Assembly: GCF_009914755.1 (NCBI RefSeq) | Contig: NC_060938.1 | DNA length: 64,000 bases | Source of the DNA: the human T2T-CHM13v2.0 reference genome, Homo sapiens | Reading direction: 5' to 3' (one strand) | Notes under the pieces: model-generated | Told to the model about the DNA's origin: nothing | The model's input: the letters and a program-made list of their open reading frames with translations, nothing else | The model's database searches: none | Made by a program: the position numbers and the translations under genes | Shown: piece after piece, positions 48,544 to 64,000 of the stretch | How positions within the stretch are numbered: the first letter of the stretch is position 1 | How the letters are laid out: each line of letters starts with the position of its first letter

Positions 48544-50144
48544 TATTACAATGGTTTAATACTTAAACCATGTCAAAAATCCCTTTTTTTAAAAAAAAGC
48601 TCTGGTAAGGGAAGAACACCAAGAAAAAAGAAAACAAAATTTAAAAAGCTCTATTTTACGATAAGCACAATTAGATATCCTAAAGCAATTATACAAGAGT
48701 TATATGACATCAATGGCCCCACTGGAGAAACAAGAACAAGTTGCAAACACTAGGGAAGTCAGAGGCTGAGCTAAGGATGTTTGGCCATTTGCTGCTACAA
48801 TAAGCAGTAGTAGCTGCTGGGATAGCTGGGGTTTCACCTTAGAGAGGTGGCCAGAAATACAAGTGTCTTTGGGAGTTAGGGAAAATCTCTTCCTGGTAGC
48901 TCCTGGTTAATGGGAACTCCCTTCAGGATGAACTGATTTGGGGACATTCATATATCCTACTGGAGCTCTATATACTAAAATAAACACAGACCTTGGAAGG
49001 GAAGGGAGGTGGGGGAGGCAGATTTCCTGGATGAGATGTAACCCTTGAGTCTACCCTGTGTTCCCCAGTTCCAGAGCCTGATGGGTAACCCTGACTACAG
49101 TTCTAGTACTACAGCAATATTTCTTCTCAAAATCCTCACAATTAACTCAGGGATTAATGTCATTACTTCTCAGGTAACCAAAATCCTATGTCAGATGGTG
49201 CTCAGTATTATGTTATTTATTTCTGAATCTAAACCATCACTTGTAGATGTTGGAAATGAGAACTAGTCTCAGTTTAATCTCTCCAGCGATGTGTTCTCTC
49301 CAGGCAAGCCTGGTCTCTTTTCTACAGACATCCAATCTTTGTATGATGCAACGGAGAGAGGAGCAAGGAGAGGGGAGAGGAGAGGAGAAGGTCTACAGGA
49401 CTTGGAGAGGCCCAGAATATGCAAAAGGCTGATGAATCCTTTTTCTAGAATCACCATTCTGGGGTACTCCCTCTTAATAGCATATGATCAATCCCAATCA
49501 GATGATGCTGACTGTCTTAAACTAAAATAAGCTCCAGTGATCACGGCAGACCTAACTGTGGGGTGGGGGCGGGGAATCATGTTGAATGCAAGAAAGACTA
49601 AACAACCCATGAGACATTTTTTAAAAAAGAGAAGTCAACTTTCTCCTCCCTAACCCACCCCCTTACCCCAGCCCCAAAAAGAAAGCCCTAGGCCAGCATT
49701 TTCCAAAGAGCTTTCCCAAAGTTTAGAAAATGTAGGATTAAACAAAGCCAAATAGGTTTCTTTACTTCAGGACATTTGAGCACCTTTAAAGTGCTGAGGT
49801 TCATTGTAAAGAGGGAGCATTCAGCATGATCTAAAGAAGCCCTGCTGCCCCCACGGGGCATGAAGGAATGAACTTGCATAACACACTCAGGAAAATGCTG
49901 ATCTTTGCCATAAAAACACTTTTTATTGCTTCATGCAATAGAAAGAACTGTGGGAGTTAAGGTATCTAGGATTCGGTTATCTCTGTGTCACTAATTTACT
50001 ATGTATGTAGGACACATCACATGTAATCTCTATGGGCCTCAGTTCCTGTATCTGTAACATAAGAACGTCGAAACAGAGTTCCAAAAATTTAATGAAGTTG
50101 TACGGTTTATTAGTTTAGGAAATATGGATGGGGAAGGAAGTTCT

Positions 50145-50600
50145 TTCTTTGTTCTTTTTTTTTTTTTTTTTTTGAGATGGACTCTCGCTCTGTCGCCCAG
50201 CCTGGAGTGCAGTGGCGTGATCTCAGCTCACTGCAATCTCTGCCTCCTGGGTTCAAGTGATTTTCCTGCCCCACCCTCCTGAGTAGCTAGGATTACAGGT
50301 GTGTGTCACCATGCCTGGCTAATTTTTGTATTTTTAGTAGGGACAGGGTTTCACTATGTTGGTCAGGCTGGTCTTGAACTCCTGATCTTGTGATTCGCCC
50401 ACCTCAGCCTCCCAAAGTGCTGGGATTACAGGCATGAGCCACTGGGTGCCCGGCCCTTTTTTTGAGATATGGTCTTTCTATGCTGCCCAGCTAGACGTGC
50501 ATGGCTCACTGCAACCTCCACCTCCCAGGCTCAACCAATCCTCCTACCCCAGCCTCTTGAGTACTTGGGACTACAGGCGTGTGCCATCATGCCCAGCTAA

Positions 50601-50657
<57 letters not shown>

Positions 50658-50791
50658 TTTTTTTTTTTTTTTTGTAGAGATAGGGTTTTGCCATGTTGCC
50701 CAAACTGGTCTCAAACTCCTGAGCTCAAGTGATCTATCTATCTTGGCTTCCCAAAGTGCTGGGATTACAGGTGTGACCACGGTGCCCAGCT
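50145..50791 (-). mobile_element. AluS (50145-50455) plus AluJ (50457-50791) carrying (TG)n at 50603-50650 in its linker
   Basis: Alu motifs; microsatellite directly visible. Confidence 0.93.
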
Positions 50792-50937
50792 GGAAGGTAT
50801 TTCCATACTAAATGTTAATCTACAGAGGGGAAAAAAAGAGGCACCTGAATTTCGCATTTTAAACATATTTCCCTTTCAGTCTGACTTTAGGAACAGGATA
50901 GGAATGTGGGGCAAATGTGAATATAAATAACAATTAA

Positions 50938-51580
<643 letters not shown>

Positions 51581-51660
51581 ACCTAAAGAAAAACCATAAT
51601 GAAAGAGAAATGTAAAACTATACTAATACTTCACTCCTGTCAAATCTAAGGTAACAACAT

Positions 51661-52262
51661 TGTTATAACAGACCATAGGCATTTGGACTCCCCATGTAAT
51701 GAAAATTAACAAAGGGACAGACAGATTTCCCAGACAAAGCTTTTATTCTGGGGCTTGTCCTACTGTGCTAGAGCGCAAGGGAGACAGACAGCAGAGCCTG
51801 GTTCCCTGAAAAGAGCCAGTAAAGATTTATTAGGCAAAGCGCAGGAATTGACATCAGGGATAAGGTATGCAGGCTGGGCTGGGCAAAGCATGTGAGGGGT
51901 AGAGTATGCAGGTTAGCAAGGCTGGTTGTGATGGTTATCTTGAGTACGAGTTAACTGGTGGTCTGTCTGGCTGGCAAAAACAAGGCTGGAAATCAGTTGT
52001 TCAGCATTCCTTCCAGAGGTGAGACACTCAACAACCTTGGTTCGATTTTGGATCTCCTAAGGCCAGTTTCTGGAGTTCTTTAAGCACAAGGCATGGTTAA
52101 ACAGTATGAGAGCACAGAAGAATGGCTATTTTCTTTGTATGACTAAAGCCTTGGGATTAGTGGGTATAGTGCCAGTGAGGCAGTGGTGTGGGTTTTGTGA
52201 TTAGTGGGAATGTACGAAAAAATGCTAGTGGGGGTGAGCTGAAGCCAAGCCCCATTTTAATA
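51661..52262 (-). mobile_element. Probable solo ERV LTR (family unassigned), sense to BTBD7
   Basis: About 600 nt GC-richer block starting tgttataac; minus-strand AATAAA at 51742-51747 about 80 nt from that end. Confidence 0.55.
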
Positions 52263-52441
52263 TGATGTATTATTCAAACCAAGAAGCTTGAGAGTGAAAA
52301 GGGGTACATATCAGAGGGGACGACAGAACACGTGTAGCCCAGGTCTGACCAGGCAAAGTGGGATGAATGGTCATATCTCTAGCTAAATCTCACATTTCCA
52401 GAGTAGCTTAGAAATAAAACAAAGTTTTAAAAGAAATAAAG

Positions 52442-53347
<906 letters not shown>

Positions 53348-54124
53348 GATAATATGGACTGCCACTCGGAAAGCAGAAACAGGAGCCTATCAAAAGAGAA
53401 ATGTCTTTTGAGGGACTTGGGCCTGTGCCAGGTCTGACCTGGACTAGACGAACTACATCTTAAAAGATGTTAAAATATTCTTTAAAAAATTCAGTTTCTA
53501 GCCATTTAAAGCAGAGAACCAATTCCTGGAAAGTGGTGCGTTAAGAATGAATGTGGCTGCACTGTGAAGACACAAATGGGCCTCTCCTACTCTGCCACCT
53601 TTACCCTCAGAGCTCACACTCCAAATGCTTCATCCTGACCTACAACCTCAGAAGAAGATCCTCTTGAAGCAACAGATGGAAAATGGGAATTAGAGGGCTG
53701 AAACGGCCTCCCCACCCCCCACCAGAGGAAGGCCTGACTCTAGGACAATGGGCGTCGCTTATTCCTCTTATCTGGTCTTTGGCAGAGGGCCTGAGCAGTG
53801 ATGCCTACAGCAGCCAGTGCAGGAGCTGCCTTGGCCTGGACATCCCCAAAAGTTTTGATGTCTTCTAGCAGCTAGAATCCCCCAAAACTGAAGTAGCTCT
53901 GGAAGGAGCCTGAAAAGTCTTCCCCAAAAGTCAGGAAAAAGAGCCTATAAGCAGAGGGTGAAAAATTATTATGAGGCCCTGCAAGACAGACTGCAGAACT
54001 TGCCCAATCAACTCTCATAAGGTGATGGGGCCTGCCATTTGGAGCCTCTGTGTTTACGATATGGAAAACTAGCACTGAGCCCGGCACACAATATTTTATT
54101 GAATAAAGGAAATGATTGTTCTAA

Positions 54125-54628
<504 letters not shown>

Positions 54629-55597
54629 TAAATTCCATTCAAAGCCAAAACATTCAGATTTTCTGACACCAACTTAGCAAATGTTTAAAATACAAGGGTA
54701 TACTTCTTATTGATAAGTTACCATGGGTTCCACTAGTAGAGCTGGAGAGATAAGCAAACATGCTGGGTGAACCCTAGAGTAAGCCTGAGACTATGGCTGC
54801 ACAGACAGAAGAGAACACAGAACAAAACAGAAACTCAAAGGTTTCCTCATCCAGGGCAGTCTTCATGAAGACAGTTCAAATTCCAAACTGTTAGATCATT
54901 AAAGGAATAGGCATGTGACTAGCCCTATGAATTATTCAAATTCTTATAAATAAGAAGACAATAATGGCTTAGCAGTTGAGGTAATTACATAGTAAAATTC
55001 TATTTTTCTTCACATTACGGAGACTGAGTCTAAATAAATATGAGGGTGGGGGACCCATTACTTTAAATTTTCAGTGAAAAAGTTACAAGTCATATATAAT
55101 GGCTTAATACTGGCTAGTCACTCCATTCTGATGAGCTCCTGCCCATCAGAATATTTGCTATTTAAAGAATCTTTGTTGGCATGTTAAGTGAAAAATGTGT
55201 TCCTCCTAAGTTTCTTCTGAAGTCTACACTTAGAGTCTTGTATATAGTGGTCCTTGTAAAAGAAGCACTAGTGGTTGTGATGATGAACAAGTTTTGAGAA
55301 CGTTTAGCTATAAAAGACCCTCTCTGTAAGAGACATCAACAAGGTCTCTTATGAAAAACAAGAAGTAGAAAACCAGACAAAACTCTCACTCTCACAAGCA
55401 TTATTAGAGGGCTTTCTTATAACTATGGTAATTTTTCCTTAATCCCATTGCTTGTTCTGTGCTACCCACTTGTAGCAGAAACACTGGGAGAGGATATTAC
55501 AGTTTAAGTATGTCAGAATGAAATAGATATTCTTGGCCCTGTTAAGGCAATGAAAGTCTGCATCTTAAAACTCTATTTTCCATTTGTTTAGAAGCTT

Positions 55598-55952
55598 GTC
55601 TTAGTCTGTTTTCTGTTGCCGTAACAGAATATCATAGACTGGGTAATATATAAAAAAATCTATTTCTTACAGTTCTGGAGGGTGGGAGGTCCAAGACCAC
55701 CCCAATATCTGGTGAGGGCCTTCTTGCTGTGCCCTAACATGGCTGAGGGCACCACATAGCAAGAGGGCAAGAACATGCGTGTCAGCTCAGGTCTCTCTTC
55801 CTCTTATAAAGCCACCAGCCCCATTATGGTGGCCCCACCCTGATGATTTTATCTAATCCTAATTACTTTCCAAAGGCCCTACGTTCAACTGACATACAGA
55901 TTTGGGGATTAAGTTCCCAACACATGCAATGTGGGGAACAGCAAATCATAGT
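55598..55952 (-). mobile_element. MaLR solo LTR (MST/MLT1A-type)
   Basis: tgtcttagtctgttt..tgttgc..taacagaata.catagactgggtaat...tatttcttacagttctggag...tctggtgagggccttcttgctg. Confidence 0.85.
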
Positions 55953-56201
55953 AGACATCTATAATAAAAAATTAAGTAATACATATGAGGTCCTTATCAT
56001 AGAAGACATAGTGAAGAATGCTCACCAAACTGGTAAGGGGAATGGTGGAGAGGAAGAAGGAAACGATGACTGAGGTTTCTACCTTGCATAACTGGGTGGT
56101 TACAATGCTGTAAACCAAGAAGCATATAGGAGAAGCAATTTATGGGTCCACTGAGGGTGATAAAGGTAATGGGTTTGAAATCTGGGAAAGACATATTAAA
56201 G

Positions 56202-56336
56202 AGGCCAGGCACGGTGGCTCAGGCCTATAATCCCAGCACTTTGGGAGGCTAAGGAGGATTGCTTGAGGCCAGGAGTTCCAGACTAGCCTGGGCAACAAAA
56301 CAACCTCATCTCTCTTTAAAAAAAAAAAAAAAAAAA
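56202..56336 (+). mobile_element. FLAM monomer
   Basis: Single arm plus poly(A); TSD-like aaagac.tat.aa. Confidence 0.85.
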
Positions 56337-57039
56337 GACGTTATCAAGGAAGAAACAATTCAAACAGAACATAAAGAAGTCTAAAAACAAAAGTTTTCTA
56401 ATACTATTAATAATATCTAATTTCTAAAGGTAATATTCCTTGTATTACAATACAGCATTCTCCCAAGATAATTCATTTACTTTTAAATGAGGATATTATT
56501 TACAAATATCTTATCAATGTTTCTAAAAAGATAAATGGAGAGTCTTAAGAAGTAATGGTGCTTATTTCTTGAGGCGCAAAGTTATTTCTGGCATAACTTC
56601 ACATTACTGCACAGCACCCAGCAAAATATGGGTGATCTCTAACCTCTCTTGAGATCTGAGTCTGAGTGTTCTCCTAATAATATATGTATCACTGTCATAT
56701 ATATCAGTAAGATACTTGGTTATTAAAGTATTTTATTATCTAAGATTTTTAGAGATCATTTCTTAAAACTCAGATTCTCTTTATCAGTTGTCTCATTCTG
56801 TCTTCCCTGAACAGATGATAAAATATATCCTTTGGGTTCACTGTACATGCCCCTCTGCCAAGAAAATAACATTTCAGAGGAAAAGGTTATGTCTTCTATG
56901 TAGTAATCATTATTGGAATGTCATGTCAGCAGTAATATCTTCCTGACATCTCCCACACCACAAATACAGTATTTTCTAGATTAACAGAATATGCAAATAA
57001 ATTATCCCTAACAATTTTCTATTTTTAGTTTTCCCGTAC

Positions 57040-57334
57040 TTTTCTTTTTTATTTTTAAGAGGCAGAGTCTCACTGTGTTGCTCAGGCTGAAGTGCAGTGG
57101 CACAATCATAGCTCACAGTGCCTGGGCTCAAGCAATCCTCCAAGCCTCAGCCTCCCAAGTAGCTAGAGCAGGCGTGTGCCACCATGTCCAGCTAATTAAA
57201 AACATTTTTTTTCTGTAGAGACAGGGCCTCACTAATGTTGTCCAGGCTGGTCTTGAACTCCTGGTCTCAAATGATCCTCCTGCCCTGGCCTCCCAAAGTG
57301 CTCAGATTACAGGCACGAGCCAGCACACCCAGAC
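57040..57334 (-). mobile_element. AluJ
   Basis: Reverse Alu motifs. Confidence 0.9.
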
Positions 57335-57891
57335 GTGACTTTACTTTCTAGAGCTATCTTACAACAATTGATTTCCTCATATAGGTACTAGGTACTGGTC
57401 AAGATAGGCTGTCATCTGATCCCTGAGTTGTCTACTTGAAAAGCATTTCTTACTCCTACCTCAGGGCTCTTCCCTTTGCCTGTACCACTCTTCTGAAACA
57501 TCTTCACATGTTTCATACTCTCATTTTTACTGAAGTCTTTGCTCAAATACTACCTCTTGGAGAAGACTTCCCTAGTTAGCCTATATAAAATAACATTCCA
57601 CCCCATCATTCACTATCCTCTTTCTTCAGTTTATTTTCTTTACAGTAGTACTTTTCAGCACTTGAATTTCATTTATTCAACACTAAATCCTCACCACATA
57701 ATACAGTACCTGCCACTTAGGAGGCATTAAGTTGAAAACTGCTGAATGAAATTAGTTTTAAAAAATAAACATTTAGTAAGGAAAGGCTTATCTGTAATCA
57801 TTCTTCAAGATTTTGAGTCCAAAAACTATTTCTTGGGATCCATATTCCTTCACAGTCTAAGCCTCTTAGAAGAGTGTGATTAAAAAATTGC

Positions 57892-58203
<312 letters not shown>

Positions 58204-58329
58204 TTAGTACTTGGAGACAAAAGATTTCCCAGCAAAAAGCCTCATGGATCACAGCGTACATATACCCTCAAATACAACTTGTGGAGATGTTTCCATAAGC
58301 AATAAAGTAAATAATTTTTAAAAACACAC

Positions 58330-58895
58330 TGCTTCCTCAATAATTAAACATAGAATTATATGATCCAGCAATTCCATTTGTGGATATATACCAAAAAAAG
58401 TGAAAACAGGGACTCAAACAGATGTGTACACCCACGTTCATAGCAAAATTATTCACAACAGCCAAAAGGTAGAAGCAACTCAGGTGTCCACAGATAGATG
58501 AATGGGAAAACAAAATGTGGTGTATACATAGAGTAGATTATTCAGCCTTAAAAAGGAAGGAAATTCTGACACATGCTGAAACACAGATGAACCCTAAGAA
58601 CATTACGTTAAGTGAAATAAGCCAGTCACAAAAGGACGAATATGGATTCCACTTATATGAAGTACTTAGAGTAATCAAATTCATAGAGACAGAAAGTAGA
58701 ATGATGGTTGTCAGGGGCTGGGAAGTTAGTGTTCAGTAAGCACAAAGTTTCAGTTGTGGAAAATGAGAAAGTTCTGGAGATGGTGGTGATGGCTGCACAA
58801 CAATGTGAATGTACTTAATGTTGCAGAACTATATATACACTTAAAACTGGTTAAAATGGTAAATGTTATGTATTTTTAAGTGACAACTTAAAAAA
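58330..58895 (+). mobile_element. L1MB-type 3' end
   Basis: tatgatccagcaattcca...cagccttaaaaaggaaggaaattctgacacatgct...ggctgcacaacaatgtgaatgtacttaatg. Confidence 0.88.
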
Positions 58896-59192
58896 TGGAA
58901 AAAACCTCACAAAAAAACATTAAAACAGAAAAGCAATGACATACCTTCCCTCTCCACTCCCTTTTTTAAACATTCCCCCCAACTTCATGTTCCTTTTAAT
59001 GACTGGAGTGGGAGTATCTTACATCAGAATGGGAATACAGTTTACCAAGGGCTTTTTCATGTGTTAAGTCATTTTATTCTCACAATAACTCTTCCATGTA
59101 GACAGCACAGGCATATTCTCTATTCTCCAAATGAGGAAATCAAAGTAGAGACTTTAAAGTGACTTATCCAAAGTCAAATAAAGAGTAAAATG

Positions 59193-59301
59193 GGCCAGGT
59201 GCAGTAGCTCACGCCTGTAATTCCAGCACTTTGGGAGGCCAAGGTGTGTGGCCTAGGCGACAAGGGCAAAACTCCTCTGTCTCCAAGAAAAAAAAAAAAA
59301 A
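59193..59301 (+). mobile_element. Internally deleted mini-Alu within a reverse MIR (about 59030-59360)
   Basis: Alu 5' ~55 nt joined to the 3' ~35 nt; perfect TSD aaagagtaaaatgg. Confidence 0.85.
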
Positions 59302-59719
59302 GAGTAAAATGGCAAAGCCAAGACCAAAGACCAGGCCTTCAATCCCTCATCTAGTGTGTGTCTTATCCCCCCAACCTCCACACCCCTGCTAAACAAGAAA
59401 GCGTCTCAAAAGTCTTCAGTGCTATACCAACCTTTCTGAAGGAAGCTGCCACGTCTACCTCATGCTTCTGTGTCCACTGTGCTGCTGTTTCTATTACTCA
59501 ACCCTTAAGTCTCCAGTTTCTACTTTATCACCCAACTGAGGTAAAGGGACAGATCTTAATCTCTCTAGTGCTGTGTATTGTTGAACAGTAAAATGTTTCT
59601 TGATTGTGATTAATACTCCATAAATATCAAATCTCCTAGCATTCAAACACAGAGGACAATTAAATGACTAAGCTTCTCTAATCTCATCCCTTCCTATTAC
59701 TTGTTTTTCCTTCCTTTGC

Positions 59720-62250
<2,531 letters not shown>

Positions 62251-62343
62251 AGGTCTACAATTCTTTTTCAAATAGAAATCTTTGGAGCCACATACATTCA
62301 AAAATTCACTTTTTTCTTTTGCTTTCAAAAAGAAATAATATGG

Positions 62344-62833
62344 TTATAGTAAACATACCTGACAGCAATAATTTAAGCATATCCTTAGAATGACTTTATA
62401 TGGCAGATGCACCTGAATGTGTGTTCTGAGCTAGGGAATTCAGGAGTGGCCAACCCAGAGATTCCCTCCTTGTCTATAAGGACATCTGAGCCCCCAACCT
62501 GTCTCTTGGAACACAAGCCCTACAGGAGACTGAGGCTCCAAGTTTTGGGTAGAATAAAGAGTGCCAGGTGGAGGTTGCTAGGTGGAAGTGCTAAGTGGAA
62601 ATGCTATATAAACTGCATGCCTATGGCAGGCAGTTGTGGTTCTTCTGCCCAGCCCACTGCCACTGGACTGTATATAAGGCAGTTCTCCCGTCCAGCCCAC
62701 TGCCACTGTACCCTCTCCTTTGTATGTAAGCCCCCAATAAAACCCCACATCTCTTTTGCCGGCTCTGGGTCTCTTCTTCGGCCTCTTGAACCTAACGCCA
62801 TGCCCACTGGAGTGACAGAAGTTTGGCATGACA
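62344..62833 (+). mobile_element. Intact solo ERVL LTR (LTR47-like), antisense to BTBD7
   Basis: 5-bp TSD tatgg (62339-62343 / 62834-62838); ends in ...gaca; TATATAA at 62605; AATAAA at 62736. Confidence 0.8.
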
Positions 62834-63555
62834 TATGGTATACCAAACATTTACTGTATACTATATAACTATCTCCAGGGAGATCTGGCACAGCACCCTA
62901 ATTTGTTTGTAATAATTTGTTTGTAACATCAAACAAATTAATATTCTGCAGTAAAATATACTATTTAGACTAACCTATGTTAGTTTAGGTTCAGTTTTGC
63001 TGCCAGACAAATCTAGGTCATGTCAGTGTTTGCCATCAAATTAAGTCCTCCCATAACCCCTAAAATAGTTTTCAGAACTTTTGGGATTTCAAATTATAAG
63101 TAAGAGAATGTGGACCTGTAGTTAAAAATAGTCTTTTCCCTTATCCACCCACCACCAAAAATAGTCAAGTCAGAAAACATTTCTATTCATGTTAAATGAA
63201 AATCTTTAAATTGACATTTTCTATAAAATTCCATTGCATTACTGCAAATGAAGATTAGTTAGTTGTTAGGGTTTTGTTAGGAGAATCTTATTAAGCCATG
63301 TGGTTTTTTTCTAATATAACCTATTATAATTCATAACAGCTGTCAGTCCCCTGCTGATACTTTTTTCCCCATTAAAAATGCATTTTTAAAAGAATATAAA
63401 AGTACATCACATTCCACTAATATATGCAACAATCGAATAATTTTTCAAACTAGAAAATGATGGAAATACAGAGAAATGAGTTGAGTATGGTTCTTAGAAT
63501 TTTGAGTCTAGTGAAGAGGAAAGTATCTGAATTTTTGACTTATCCTAAAATGAAA

Positions 63556-63558
<3 letters not shown>

Positions 63559-63591
<33 letters not shown>

Positions 63592-63918
63592 ACACATATA
63601 TACACACACATTTATTTTAATTTGAGAAAGGGTCCTGCTCTGTTGTCTAGGCTAGAGTATAGTAGTTCACTCATAGCTCATTGCAGCCTCCAACTCCTGG
63701 GCTCAAGCAATCCTCCTGCCCCAGCCTCCCAAGTAGCTAGGACTATAGGTGTGTGCCAGCGTGCCCAGCTAATGAACAACAAAATTTTTTTTTTTTTTGG
63801 TACAGACGGGTCTCACTATGTTGCCCAGGCTGGTCTTGAACTCCTAGCCTCAAGTGACCTTCCTGCCTCAGCTTTGCAAAGCACTGGGATTACAAAGCAT
63901 GAGCCACCTCACCTGGCT
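63559..63918 (-). mobile_element. (CA)n microsatellite followed by a reverse AluJ
   Basis: Directly visible repeat; Alu motifs. Confidence 0.9.
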
Positions 63919-64000
63919 GAAACTATATTCTTAGTGTTCTTGTAGTATTTCTAGTTATGAAATACTTCTTAAATAAAATATCTGCTATAAATGCATAGTA

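Noticed and set aside
62407-62891. 153/90/95-aa ORFs
   Set aside because: They fall almost entirely within an LTR and have no recognisable domain.

Overview
Primate (human-like) genomic DNA lying wholly inside the minus-strand gene BTBD7 (tandem BTB/POZ + BACK protein). Seven GT-AG exons could be read: the ATG-bearing exon (called exon 2 here, 45867-46054), a 1080-nt exon 3 encoding both BTB domains (43755-44834), and exons 4-8. Together they join in frame into 1942 coding nt (647 codons + 1 nt). The first exon and the 3' exons lie outside the window. An alternative terminal exon at 38610 gives a 410-aa short isoform. The rest is intron: about 54 Alu/FLAM pieces, MIR, L2, CR1, old L1, Tigger/MER DNA transposons, solo LTRs and a deleted ERVL-type provirus. 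Nearly all ORF-track entries are Alu/repeat artefacts. Main signal: back-splicing exon 3 to exon 2 gives a 1268-nt circle. Its ORF runs in frame into a 32-codon 5'UTR uORF and yields a 420-aa protein covering 1263 of the 1268 nt. I recall a circBTBD7-420aa report, so that product is probably not new. Other leads are a stop-less exon-3-only circle, a 232-bp templated local duplication, a retroposed two-hairpin mini-element, and candidate poison and alternative-first exons. Repeat family names come from remembered consensus sequences, and repeat boundaries are approximate.
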